From NCBI GenBank assembly GCA_017504945.1, contig JAFVQJ010000023.1, positions 11,745-75,744 of the forward strand: 64,000 nt of DNA. The letters are read 5' to 3'. The notes beneath the pieces are model-generated. The model was not told the origin of the DNA. It was given only the letters and a program-made list of their open reading frames with translations, and made no database searches. The position numbers and the translations under genes are program-made. Source of the DNA: Clostridia bacterium (GTDB taxonomy: Bacteria > Bacillota > Clostridia > Oscillospirales > RGIG5299). Positions within the stretch are counted from its first letter, which is position 1. Each line of letters begins with the position of its first letter. This document shows positions 27,463 to 36,912 of this stretch, in pieces.

Positions 27463-27635
27463 ATGATGCATCGCCTGCGGCGATATGATGTTTTTCGCTT
27501 CGCTCAAAATGATGTTGCTCCACTGCGTTCCGCAATGATGCGATGTTTGCCCAATGTGCCGCAAGGCACACATCATTAGGCGCAGCCGTCATCATTGGCG
27601 AAGCCGTCATCATTTGCCGCAGGCAAACATCATTC
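27461..27635. repeat. Hairpin-ladder element B (ATGATG x4, then CATCAT x4, interleaved with mini-hairpins)
   Basis: ATGATG at 27463, 27485, 27509, 27535; CATCAT at 27571, 27590, 27608, 27628. Confidence 0.88.
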
Positions 27636-27676
27636 AAAAAACGCACCTTTGTCGGTAGACAAAAGTGCGTTTTTTG
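27636..27676 (-). terminator. Terminator after the tRNA operon
   Basis: AAAAAACGCAC(C)TTTGTC-GGTA-GACAAAAGTGCGTTTTTT directly 3' of the tRNA-Tyr CCA. Confidence 0.75.
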
Positions 27677-27677
27677 T

Positions 27678-27763
27678 TGGTGGGGGAAGGTGGATTCGGA
27701 CCACCGAAGCTGAAAAGCAACAGATTTACAGTCTGCCCCCTTTGGCCACTCGGGAATTCCCCC
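27678..27763 (-). tRNA. tRNA-Tyr (GTA)
   Basis: GGGGGAATTCCCGAGTGGCCAAAGGGGGCAGACTGTAAATCTG...CCACCTTCCCCCACCA; long variable arm; encoded CCA. Confidence 0.95.
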
Positions 27764-27791
27764 ATATATAAAGTTGTTTTTTTAGGTTGTA

Positions 27792-27867
27792 TGGAGCTGG
27801 TGAACGGAATCGAACCATCAACCTGCTGATTACAAATCAGCTGCTCTGCCGATTGAGCTACACCAGC
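27792..27867 (-). tRNA. tRNA-Thr (TGT)
   Basis: GCTGGTGTAGCTCAATCGGCAGAGCAGCTGATTTGTAATCAGCAGGTTGATGGTTCGATTCCGTTCACCAGCTCCA, 76 nt. Confidence 0.96.
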
Positions 27868-27891
27868 GTATCTCTTTTTGACAGCTTGTAA

Positions 27892-27920
27892 ATTATATCA
27901 AAAATTAGCGGGCTTGTCAA
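27892..27920 (-). promoter_or_regulatory. sigma-A promoter of the tRNA-Thr/Tyr operon
   Basis: TTGACA (27915-20), 17 nt, TATAAT (27892-97). Confidence 0.85.
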
Positions 27921-28004
27921 TAGTAAAAATAATATTTTTTCAATCTTTTTTCAAACGCTGTTATAACCTCAAAAAATGCGGATAAAATAACGCAAGGTGA
28001 TAAA

Positions 28005-29462
28005 ATGACGTACGTGAGCAAAAGCCTTGATATAAACACAGCCGCTATAAAGGCGGCGTTTTCATACGAAAAGACTGTTATTGTGAGGGAGACCGTTTGC
28101 AAAAAAAGCGGTGTAAGAACAGCCGTCTGCTTTATCGACGGAATGGTAAACGGAAAGATAGTAAATGAGAGCATTATAGAGCGTATAATAGATTTTGATG
28201 CAAAAAGCTCCGAAAGTTTTATAAATGAGCTTGCGAGCTTTGGCGTTTGCGCCTCCGATACCAAGACGGAGAGAGATATTGAAAAGCTTAAGAACGGACT
28301 TTGCGAGGGAAATACCGTCGTCTTTGTCGACGGTGAGGAGAAAGCCCTTTTAATAGACACGAAGGGATACCTTTTAAAGGCGATAACCGAGCCCGCGGGT
28401 GAGAGCATTTCAAAGGGTCCGCACGAGGGCTTTACCGAGGAGATACTCGTGAATATGTCGCTTTTGAGGCGAAGGATAGCAAACCCCGATCTCAAAATGG
28501 AGATGATGGAGATAGGGGAAAAGACACATACCAAGGTTTGCCTTTGCTATATTGATAAGATCGTTAAAAAAAGAACGGTAAGAGAGGTAAAAAAACGTCT
28601 TGCCCTACTTGACTGCGACGAGATACTCGACTCAAACTATATTGCCGAATATATAAGAGATAACCCCTATTCGCCGTTTAAGACGGTGGGCTCGACGGAG
28701 CGTCCCGACTCGGTGGCGGCGAAGCTTTTGGAGGGCAGGGTGGCGATAATGGTAAACGGGACGCCTGCGGTGCTTACCGTCCCCTATATCTTCGCCGAAT
28801 ATTTTCAGTCAAGCGAGGACTACTACGTCAGCTTCTACTATGCCACCGTAGGCAGAATTCTTCGCTTTATAAGCTTTTTTATAAGCATTTCACTGCCGTC
28901 GCTCTACGTTGCCTTTACGAACTACCATCAGGACGAGATACCGATAAAGCTGTTTATAGCGATAGCGGCATCACGCGACGGCGTGCCGATATCCAATCTG
29001 CTCGAGGTGATAGTAATGCTCATCGGCTTCGAGCTGCTGCGTGAGGCGGGCGACAGAATTCCCGCCTCCTTCGGAGTGTCGCTGAGCGTTGTGGGAACGC
29101 TCGTTATAGGACAGGTCGCCGTGACGGCAAAGCTTATCTCCGCGCCGGTGGTATTTATTGTGGCAATAACCGCCACCACGGGACTTCTGATACCCAAAAT
29201 GAAGGGCGCGATAATTTTTGTGAGGCTTGTGATCCTCGCACTGTCGTCGGTGCTTGGAATTTACGGTTATCTGCTCGGAATAACGCTTTTAACGGTATAT
29301 CTTTGCTCAATGAGGTCGTTTGGTGTGGAGTATATGGACTATTTATTGCCCGTTTTCAGAAAAAGCTCCCCCGACGTACCGTTAAGGAGCATAATTCCTG
29401 CGATGAAGCGGCGTCCCGATTTTGCCCAAAGCAGAAGGAGAAGGGGAGAGAAGAATGATTAA
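28005..29462 (+). CDS. gerKA: Spore germination receptor A subunit (GerA/GerKA family)
   Basis: KGPHEGFTE, YSPFKT..STERPD, LLEGRVAIMVNGTP, ELLREAG.RIP. Confidence 0.9.
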   Translation: MTYVSKSLDINTAAIKAAFSYEKTVIVRETVCKKSGVRTAVCFIDGMVNGKIVNESIIERIIDFDAKSSESFINELASFGVCASDTKTERDIEKLKNGLCEGNTVVFVDGEEKALLIDTKGYLLKAITEPAGESISKGPHEGFTEEILVNMSLLRRRIANPDLKMEMMEIGEKTHTKVCLCYIDKIVKKRTVREVKKRLALLDCDEILDSNYIAEYIRDNPYSPFKTVGSTERPDSVAAKLLEGRVAIMVNGTPAVLTVPYIFAEYFQSSEDYYVSFYYATVGRILRFISFFISISLPSLYVAFTNYHQDEIPIKLFIAIAASRDGVPISNLLEVIVMLIGFELLREAGDRIPASFGVSLSVVGTLVIGQVAVTAKLISAPVVFIVAITATTGLLIPKMKGAIIFVRLVILALSSVLGIYGYLLGITLLTVYLCSMRSFGVEYMDYLLPVFRKSSPDVPLRSIIPAMKRRPDFAQSRRRRGEKND

Positions 29463-30558
29463 AAGAGCGGCTTGCATTTTTATTGCCGTATGCATTTTTT
29501 TACTTACCCTTACGGGGCTCGGCGGCTGCTTTGACTACGAGGAGATGAACAAGCTTATACTTCTCACCGCCGTCGGAATAGACAGAGAGGACGAGGGATA
29601 CAGAGTTTCGGCGCAGATAATCGTGAGCAAGGGAAGTATGGTTGGAGCGGCGCCGTCGATGATAGTAAAGAGCGCGAGCGGTAAGACTGTTACCGAGGCG
29701 ATAAACAAAATACAGTATTATTACGCCGAGCCGATATATTTGGAGCATATAAAAATAGTGGTCTTGAGTAAGGAGGTCGCCTCCGAGAGTATGGAAAAAA
29801 CGGTGGAATTTATAGGCATTTTGGGACCGTTTTACAACTTCGAGGTGACGGTTGCGGCAAACGCAACAGCCGAGGAGGTCTTAAAGGCAGGCTCCTTTTC
29901 GAGCCATATAAACGCTATGGAGGCGGCGCAGATGATATCGGGTAACAATATATCCGCTCTGCCTCCCTCCGTTAAGGGCTACGAGATAATGACGGGCAAA
30001 AGCGATTACGTATTGCCGGAGCTTTATTTGCGTGATAACGACGATACCGAAAACAATAGCTCGGAGGAAAAGGCAAGGAAGATAATCATCACCGAGGGCG
30101 GCGCCGTAATGAAGGACGGAAAGCTCGTTTCGGAGCTTGACGCGACAGAGTGCAGCGGCTTTTTGCTTGCGGCAAAAAAGACTCTTAACTGCAATATCTC
30201 TCTTGACGAGGGCGAAGCGGTAACGGTTATTGAAAACGTGCGAAAAATAAGCGTTTGCGTAAAGGACGGAGTGGCTACGGCAAGGATATCGGTCACACTT
30301 AAATTGGACGGTGCCCTTGAAGATAAGGAAGAGGCAAAAAAACAGCTTGAGGAAAGAATAGAGCAGACTCTTAATAAGCTCTACGGCGTCATCGGGTGCG
30401 ACGCGCTCGGGCTTTTCGAGCTGTTTGAAGCGCATTGCCCGAGCTTTTTTGAAGGCAAAGAGCAGTTTGAAGAGGAGATCTACGGCATAAAAACCGAGGT
30501 GGAGCTTTCGCTCGTTTACGAATCGGGTAAAAATCCGCTTGAGGACAAAACGAATTAA
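29455..30558 (+). CDS. gerKC: Spore germination receptor C subunit, Ger(x)C lipoprotein
   Basis: Lipobox-like LGGC followed by FDYEEMNKL...AVGID; GKTVTEA; ATG 29455 overlaps the gerA stop. Confidence 0.8.
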   Translation: MIKRAACIFIAVCIFLLTLTGLGGCFDYEEMNKLILLTAVGIDREDEGYRVSAQIIVSKGSMVGAAPSMIVKSASGKTVTEAINKIQYYYAEPIYLEHIKIVVLSKEVASESMEKTVEFIGILGPFYNFEVTVAANATAEEVLKAGSFSSHINAMEAAQMISGNNISALPPSVKGYEIMTGKSDYVLPELYLRDNDDTENNSSEEKARKIIITEGGAVMKDGKLVSELDATECSGFLLAAKKTLNCNISLDEGEAVTVIENVRKISVCVKDGVATARISVTLKLDGALEDKEEAKKQLEERIEQTLNKLYGVIGCDALGLFELFEAHCPSFFEGKEQFEEEIYGIKTEVELSLVYESGKNPLEDKTN

Positions 30559-30570
30559 AGAGGCAGACAA

Positions 30571-31641
30571 ATGAAGATATTCTCAAAATACCGACTTTTT
30601 ACCGTAATAGCCTTTTTTATCTTCGGAAACACCTTGCTTACAAAAACGGTTTTTCAAGGCGGCAAGGATTTTTATCTTTCGGCGCTTATTGCCGTTTGCT
30701 TTGCCGCGATTATTCTCGTTGCGGTAACGGCGCCGTTTTTGAAATATCCCTACCTGACTGCAGGCGAATATATTAAAATGAAAACGGGAAAGGCCGGAGA
30801 AAAGGCAATAAACGCTCTGCTGCTTATATTTTTATCCCTCTCGGCGTTAAAGCTCTACCTTGAATTTATAAAATTTCTCACCTCGGTGTCGCTCAATATT
30901 ACGCCCAACTACTTTATCGCGATAGCGGTATCGGTGTTCGTTTTACTGCTTTCATTGCTCGGAATCGAAAATATATCGGCGTACACCTCGGCGGTGTTTA
31001 TATTTGCGGCGGCTTTCGCGGTGTATTCGGTAATATCGGGAGCGTCGCTCTTCAAAATAGAGACGTTTATGCCGCTTGCCGACATAAAGACCGAGAAAAT
31101 GCTCGGTAACGCCGCCGAGATATTTCTTTTTATTCTTTCCGACGTCGCGGCAATAATATTTTTCTGCAAAAGGGGATCAAACGGAAAAGACGTTTTAAAA
31201 TCGTCGCTTGCCGCTTTGGCGGTGTGGTTTGCCGTTACGGCGGCGGTGGGAGCATTGCCGATCGCCGTTTTTGGCGAAGGATACGAGATTTTTAAATATC
31301 CCGTTTTTCAGGCGCTGGCGTCTGTAAAAGGAGTTTCATTTTTGCCGAAAAACAGCTTTCTTTTTCTCGTTTTGGGATTTATTATAATGATAATAAAGCT
31401 CTCGGTTACCCTTTCATTTATTGGAGAGGTAACAGAAAATATAACGGGCGGTAAAAGGACGGGAAAGGCGAGGATAATAACGAGAGCCGTGCCGGTGGTA
31501 TTGATAACGTCGGTTGCATCGTTTTTGCTTATAAACGGAATCAAGGCGGAGGAAGAGATAAAGATGATCTGCGCCGTAGCCGCCGTTGCTTCGTTTTCAG
31601 CGCTTTTGATATTGAATTTAAAGAGATACCGAAGAAAATAA
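30571..31641 (+). CDS. gerKB: Spore germination receptor B subunit (APC-family permease-like)
   Basis: ~10 TM helices, TP..F and YP.. motifs; third gene of the ger operon. Confidence 0.7.
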   Translation: MKIFSKYRLFTVIAFFIFGNTLLTKTVFQGGKDFYLSALIAVCFAAIILVAVTAPFLKYPYLTAGEYIKMKTGKAGEKAINALLLIFLSLSALKLYLEFIKFLTSVSLNITPNYFIAIAVSVFVLLLSLLGIENISAYTSAVFIFAAAFAVYSVISGASLFKIETFMPLADIKTEKMLGNAAEIFLFILSDVAAIIFFCKRGSNGKDVLKSSLAALAVWFAVTAAVGALPIAVFGEGYEIFKYPVFQALASVKGVSFLPKNSFLFLVLGFIIMIIKLSVTLSFIGEVTENITGGKRTGKARIITRAVPVVLITSVASFLLINGIKAEEEIKMICAVAAVASFSALLILNLKRYRRK

Positions 31642-31669
31642 AAAAGCACCGTGAGATCCACGGTGCTTT
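31641..31669. terminator. Bidirectional terminator between gerKB and gpsA
   Basis: AAAAAGCACCGTG-AGATC-CACGGTGCTTT. Confidence 0.75.
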
Positions 31670-31673
31670 GTAT

Positions 31674-32675
31674 TTATTTCCAGCTTTCCTCGCGCTCCGA
31701 CTTCTTTTCACGAAGCATAAGGTCGGTTATTGCTTCCTTGGGAGATTTGTTTTCGTAAAGAACGCGGTATATCTCGGTGATTATCGGCATATCCGCCTTT
31801 TCCTTAATGGCAAGTCTGTAAGCGGCGGACGCGGTCTTATAGCCCTCGACAGTCATACCTATCTCGGCTACCGCCTCCGATGCGGGAACGCCCTTGCCTA
31901 TGAGAATACCGCAGCGTCTGTTACGGCTGTGCATACTGGTGCAGGTAACGATAAGGTCGCCGATACCCGCAAGACCGGAGAAGGTCTCTCTGTCGCCTCC
32001 CATTTTAACGCCGAGCCGTGCTATCTCCGCAATTCCTCTCGTCATTAAAGCCGCCTTGGTGTTGTCGCCGAGTCCAAGACCGTCAACCGTTCCCGCGGCA
32101 AGCGCAATGACGTTTTTAAGAGCGCCGCCGAGCTCGGTCCCTACGATATCCTTGGTGGTATAAAGGCGGAAGGACTCGTTCATAAGCTGATTTTGCACGT
32201 ATCTTGCCGTGCGCTTGCTTTTTGAGGCAACTACGTTTGCCGTGGGAATTCCTCTTGCAACCTCCTCGGCGTGAGAGGGACCCGACATAACGGCAAGCGC
32301 CTTGGGATTTGAAAGCTCCTCGTTGATGACCTCGGAAAGCCTCATAAGAGAGGACTCCTCAAGTCCCTTACCGATGTTTACCACCGTCTGACCGTTGTAG
32401 ATACCCTTAAGCTCTCTGCAAACGGAGCGCACCGCAACGCTGGGAACGGCAAGAATTATAATGTCCGCTCCTTCGGTGCAGGCAATATCGGAGGTAAGCT
32501 CTATGCTTTTTGGAATCAAGGCTCCCTTTAAAAGCGGGTTTTCACGGGTGGCGGAAAGAGTGTCGATCTCGCTTTGAAATTTACTCCAAAGAGAAACGCG
32601 ATGACCGTGCTTTGCGGTCATTATCGCCATGGCGGTGCCCCAACCGCCCGAACCCAAAACTGCAATGTTAGCCAT
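31674..32675 (-). CDS. gpsA: NAD(P)H-dependent glycerol-3-phosphate dehydrogenase
   Basis: GSGGWGTA, SGPSHAEEV, GGALKNVIA, GDLIVTCTSMHSRNRR. Confidence 0.95.
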   Translation of the reverse strand: MANIAVLGSGGWGTAMAIMTAKHGHRVSLWSKFQSEIDTLSATRENPLLKGALIPKSIELTSDIACTEGADIIILAVPSVAVRSVCRELKGIYNGQTVVNIGKGLEESSLMRLSEVINEELSNPKALAVMSGPSHAEEVARGIPTANVVASKSKRTARYVQNQLMNESFRLYTTKDIVGTELGGALKNVIALAAGTVDGLGLGDNTKAALMTRGIAEIARLGVKMGGDRETFSGLAGIGDLIVTCTSMHSRNRRCGILIGKGVPASEAVAEIGMTVEGYKTASAAYRLAIKEKADMPIITEIYRVLYENKSPKEAITDLMLREKKSEREESWK

Positions 32676-32679
32676 AAAA

Positions 32680-33321
32680 TCACTTATCCTTTTTGCTTCC
32701 TATCTTGCTCTCGGTGCCCTTTATGAGCCTTACGATGTTCGCTCTGTGCGAAATAATTGCGGCGGTGCCGATTGCCGCAAAAACGGCGGTAGGCCATATT
32801 ACCGTTTCAAAGGGTACCTTGAAAAGAAAATGAGTGTAGAGAAAATAGAAAACGGGAGTCATAAAGCCTGCGGCAACAGAGCCAAGGCTTACGTATTTGG
32901 TAATTGCCACTATAATTCCCCACATAACGAGGAGTGAGAGCATGGTAAGCGGAGTGATTCCCAACAAAACGCCGGCCGTTACCGCAATGCCTTTTCCGCC
33001 CTTAAAACCGTAAAAAACGGGAAAAAGATGACCCATAACGGCAAAAAATGCAATTATTGCAAGGTAAAGATCGCCTGCAGAGCCCAAGATAAGTCTTGCA
33101 AGCAAAACGGCGACAAGACCTTTAAGCATATCGAGCACCATTACCAAAACGCCCTTTTTTGCGCCGAGCACTCTTATTACGTTGGTGCCGCCCGCGTTTC
33201 CGCTGCCGAAATCTCTTATATCCTTATGTATGAGCCTTTCGGTAATTATTATCGAAAAGCTTATGCTGCCAAGCAGGTAAGCGACGATACAAAGCGCCGC
33301 GACCGTTAGGTAAAATTCCAT
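32680..33321 (-). CDS. plsY: Glycerol-3-phosphate acyltransferase
   Basis: YLLGSI, DIRDFGSGNAGGTN, GHLFPVFYGFKGGKG, HRANIVRL. Confidence 0.95.
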   Translation of the reverse strand: MEFYLTVAALCIVAYLLGSISFSIIITERLIHKDIRDFGSGNAGGTNVIRVLGAKKGVLVMVLDMLKGLVAVLLARLILGSAGDLYLAIIAFFAVMGHLFPVFYGFKGGKGIAVTAGVLLGITPLTMLSLLVMWGIIVAITKYVSLGSVAAGFMTPVFYFLYTHFLFKVPFETVIWPTAVFAAIGTAAIISHRANIVRLIKGTESKIGSKKDK

Positions 33322-33331
33322 AACAAAAACC

Positions 33332-34675
33332 TCAAAGCTCGAATTTTTCGCCTCTCGTGCGAACGTTAAAGACTATGGGAGTGCCTTTAAATCCAAAGAC
33401 CTCTCTCAAGCGGTTTTCGATGTAGCGCTGATAAGAAAAATGGAAAAGCTCCTTGCTGTTTACGAAAAAGCTGAAGGAGGGCGGACGGACGCCCGTCTGC
33501 GTCATATAATATATCTTCAGACGCTTGCCCTTGTCCGACGGCGGCTCGGTACGCTCGGTGCAGTCGGCAAGAAATTCGTTTAAAACACCGGTTGCGATGC
33601 GTTTCTGATTTTCTGCGTTTGCAAGAGATACCGTTTTAAAGAGCTTATCTATTCGTTTACCCGTTTTTGCCGAGATAAACACCGTTTCAACGTAGTCCAT
33701 AAAGGAAAATTCCTTTTTGATATCGTTAAGCTGCTTGTTCATGGTGTAGGAGTCCTTATCCTCAACGATATCCCACTTATTAACGGCAATGACGGTTGCC
33801 TTTCCGGCGTTGTGAGCATAGCCCACTATCTTGGTGTCCTGCTCCGAGGGACCCTCGGTGGCGTCTATCATAAGAACGGCAACGTCGGCTCTGTCGATGG
33901 CTGAATACGCTCTTATAATGCTGTATTTTTCAATGTTTTCTTCAATTTTGGACTGCTTTCTTATTCCCGCCGTGTCGATAAGATTGAATTTGCCCCACGG
34001 CGTTTCTATAAGATTGTCAACGGCGTCACGGGTGGTGCCCGCCACGTCGGAGACTATCATTCTGTCCTCCTCGAGCACGCGGTTTACCAAGGAGGATTTT
34101 CCGGCGTTTGGCTTACCGATGATGGCAACGGTAATGATGCCCTCCTCCTCTGCCTCCTTCTCAGCCTCGCGAGAGGGAAGGTGAGAGAATATCTCGTCGA
34201 GCAGGTCGCCCGTGCCGTGACCGTGAAGCGACGAAACGGGGAAGGGATCTCCAAGCCCCAAATTGTAAAACTCGTAAAGCTCCGCGGGCGGCTCGCCTAT
34301 TGAGTCGACCTTGTTGACGCAAAGCACGACGGGCTTTTTCGATTTCTTTAGCTTATCGGCGACGGCGTGGTCGTCGGCGGTAACGCCTACGGTAACGTCT
34401 GCAAGCATAACTATAACGTCGGCGGTGTCTATTGCTATCTCCGCCTGACGGGTCATTTTTGAAACTATCGGGTCGTTTACGTTTTTTTCAATACCGCCGG
34501 TATCGATTACTATAAAAGGTCTGTCGAGCCACTCCGCCTCGGCGTAAACTCTGTCACGGGTAACGCCGGGGGTATCGTCAACGATGGAAATACGCTTTCC
34601 CGCAAGCTTGTTGAAAAGCGTTGATTTTCCCACGTTGGGACGTCCTATAATTGCAACAACGGGTTTTTTCATCAA
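33332..34675 (-). CDS. der: Ribosome biogenesis GTPase Der/EngA
   Basis: Two G domains (GRPNVGKS, GKPNAGKS) and a C-terminal KH-like domain. Confidence 0.97.
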   Translation of the reverse strand: MMKKPVVAIIGRPNVGKSTLFNKLAGKRISIVDDTPGVTRDRVYAEAEWLDRPFIVIDTGGIEKNVNDPIVSKMTRQAEIAIDTADVIVMLADVTVGVTADDHAVADKLKKSKKPVVLCVNKVDSIGEPPAELYEFYNLGLGDPFPVSSLHGHGTGDLLDEIFSHLPSREAEKEAEEEGIITVAIIGKPNAGKSSLVNRVLEEDRMIVSDVAGTTRDAVDNLIETPWGKFNLIDTAGIRKQSKIEENIEKYSIIRAYSAIDRADVAVLMIDATEGPSEQDTKIVGYAHNAGKATVIAVNKWDIVEDKDSYTMNKQLNDIKKEFSFMDYVETVFISAKTGKRIDKLFKTVSLANAENQKRIATGVLNEFLADCTERTEPPSDKGKRLKIYYMTQTGVRPPSFSFFVNSKELFHFSYQRYIENRLREVFGFKGTPIVFNVRTRGEKFEL

Positions 34676-34692
34676 AAAACCTCCATAAGCTA

Positions 34693-35985
34693 TTATTTCA
34701 AAACAGCAGAAACGAAATCGCTTCCGCTTCCGCCTACTATCCTCACCTTGACTCCGAGCGCCCTTTCAACGTCGGCGGGGGTGAGAGAATCGAGGAACAT
34801 ATCTCCCTCAAAGCGAAGCATCGAGGAGGGGATAAGCAAATATTCCCCAAGCTCCTTGCCCTTGAGCTGATCTATTATATCTGTGGCGGTAACAAGACCG
34901 CTCACGGTAACGCTCTTTCCGAAGAAATTATTTTCTATCGCAAAAACATTACACCTTAAATTATGCACTTTTTTTGCAATTTCGTCAACTGATTTAACAA
35001 TATTTTTACAAGCGGCAACGCCGGTTGCTATCGAAACGCCGTGGCGCTGACGCTTTGTCTTAAGCTTCGAGAGAGCCTCCGCTACCTCGCTGTCAAACAG
35101 CGAAAGAAGCCCCACTCCGTTTTCGAGCTGGGTAAATTCCTCGTAAAAACTTGCGTCGGGACAGTCCTTTCCCGCCTTTACGAAAAATTCGTCGGCAGGG
35201 AAAACGAGCCTCGTTCCGAGCTCATTAAGACATCTGTCGCCAAACTCGGTAACGGTTTTTATCACCTCGAGGCTCGACTCGCTGTCAAACGCCTTGAGCG
35301 GATAAAGCCCTTCACGGTGGTCGGTAAGACCAACGGGGACGACGGATACGCTCGAAACGGCGGGATAAAGCTCCTTAAGACCGTTTAGGGTGTATAAAAG
35401 CTCCTTACCGTCGTTTATATCTCTGCAAAGCACTATCTGGCACTTCATTTCGATGTGAGCCTCTGCAAGACGCTTCATAAGCTCGCCTATCCTGTCGGCA
35501 AAGCGGTTTCCGAGCATCTTCTTGCGAAGCTCACCGTTTAGCGTGTGAACGGAAACGTTTATGGGACTGATCTTTAACTTTATTATTCTGTCGATGTCAC
35601 AGTCCTTCAAATTGGTGAGGGTAACGTAATTCCCGTGCATAAAGGAAAGACGGAGATCGTCGTCCTTGACGTATATCGTATCTCGCATTCCCTTGGGGTT
35701 TTGGTCGATAAAGCAGAAGATGCATTTGTTTGAGCAGCTCTTTTGCGAGTCCATCAAAAAGCTGTCAAACTCAAGACCGAGGTCGTCGTATTCGTCTTTT
35801 TTAACGGAAACTTTTATCTCCTTGCCGTTTCTCAAAACGGTTACCGACGGATCCTCCGCTACCGAGTAGTACATATAATCAAGAATATCCCTTATCTCGT
35901 TTCCGTTTATCGAAATAAGCTCGTCGCCCGCAAAAATGACCTTTGCGGCAGGGGAACGCCTGTCTACCGAAACGACCTTTGCCAA
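34693..35985 (-). CDS. DUF512 PDZ / radical-SAM-like protein
   Basis: N-terminal PDZ-like segment, CSNKCIFCFIDQ, KDDDLRLSF, QLENGVG; usual position upstream of der. Confidence 0.88.
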   Translation of the reverse strand: MAKVVSVDRRSPAAKVIFAGDELISINGNEIRDILDYMYYSVAEDPSVTVLRNGKEIKVSVKKDEYDDLGLEFDSFLMDSQKSCSNKCIFCFIDQNPKGMRDTIYVKDDDLRLSFMHGNYVTLTNLKDCDIDRIIKLKISPINVSVHTLNGELRKKMLGNRFADRIGELMKRLAEAHIEMKCQIVLCRDINDGKELLYTLNGLKELYPAVSSVSVVPVGLTDHREGLYPLKAFDSESSLEVIKTVTEFGDRCLNELGTRLVFPADEFFVKAGKDCPDASFYEEFTQLENGVGLLSLFDSEVAEALSKLKTKRQRHGVSIATGVAACKNIVKSVDEIAKKVHNLRCNVFAIENNFFGKSVTVSGLVTATDIIDQLKGKELGEYLLIPSSMLRFEGDMFLDSLTPADVERALGVKVRIVGGSGSDFVSAVLK

Positions 35986-36042
35986 TTACCTTCACCTCTC
36001 AATAAACAAAAAAGAGTTGCCAAAACAACTCTTTCCGTTTAA

Positions 36043-36243
36043 TTATGCTTCGTTAGCTTTCTCTGCTTCTTTCTTTACTACCTCTTTGCCGTCGTAAAAT
36101 CCGCAAGCGCTGCAAACGGTGTGCGGCTTTATGAGCTCGTGACAATGAGGACAAGCGATAAGATTGGGAGTGTCGAGCTTCCAAACGTTAGAACGTCTCT
36201 TATCTCTTCTTGCTTTTGAAACCTTTCTCTTCGGTACTGCCAT
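36043..36243 (-). CDS. rpmF: 50S ribosomal protein L32
   Basis: MAVPKRKVSKARRDKRR and zinc-binding CxxC...CxxC. Confidence 0.96.
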   Translation of the reverse strand: MAVPKRKVSKARRDKRRSNVWKLDTPNLIACPHCHELIKPHTVCSACGFYDGKEVVKKEAEKANEA

Positions 36244-36296
36244 TTTTAAATCCTCCTTTTATGGTAAGCGATGTTTTAATTTACTTTTTTGAACAC

Positions 36297-36698
36297 TTAT
36301 AACTCAATTCCGGGGCAGTCTTCACTGCACAGCTTCTGGTAGGGAAGCGAAAGGCAAAGTGCCTCCCAGACGAGCGGATCGAGCTCAATGCCGTTATTTT
36401 CCGCCAAAACGCAGTCAAACGATTCCTCGTCCTTAAATACCACGGTGTAATCCTCGCTTGAAGCTACAGTAAGTTTGTATTCGGAAAGACATCTGTCGCA
36501 GGCGACGGTGAGCTCCGTTTCAAACGAGATATTGAGAAGCACGGTGCCGTTTGCATCGGTAAGCTTGGCGGTAACGCTTATCGGGAAGTCGGCCTTAAAG
36601 CCTGCATTCTCGTAATCGTAGCCGGGAAAGCCGTTTATTTCGAAACGGACCGTGTCGCTTCCGCCGTTTTTGGTAAGATTTTGTAAATTGTATCTCAA
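36297..36698 (-). CDS. YceD/DUF177 family protein
   Basis: CDRCL and LCSEDCPG motifs; upstream of rpmF; probable TTG start after GGGAGG. Confidence 0.85.
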   Translation of the reverse strand: MRYNLQNLTKNGGSDTVRFEINGFPGYDYENAGFKADFPISVTAKLTDANGTVLLNISFETELTVACDRCLSEYKLTVASSEDYTVVFKDEESFDCVLAENNGIELDPLVWEALCLSLPYQKLCSEDCPGIEL

Positions 36699-36912
36699 CG
36701 TTAAAACCTCCCAAACGGCAAAAAAACACCGCAATTAAAGTGTACCGAATAATTATAAACCTTAATTTCGATTTTGTCAACCGATTTTATTCTTTTTTGC
36801 ATTAAAATAACCGATAAAAATATAATAAACACATTTTTTGTAAAATTATATTGTAATCGGTTAAAAAAATTGTTATAATAAATTATCACGCTGTTTGCAA
36901 GGAGGTCATTTT

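Noticed and set aside
27440-27646. 68-aa ORF with repeated MMTA / HH motifs
   Set aside because: By-product of translating the ATGATG/CATCAT ladder; no RBS, and it overlaps a promoter and a terminator.
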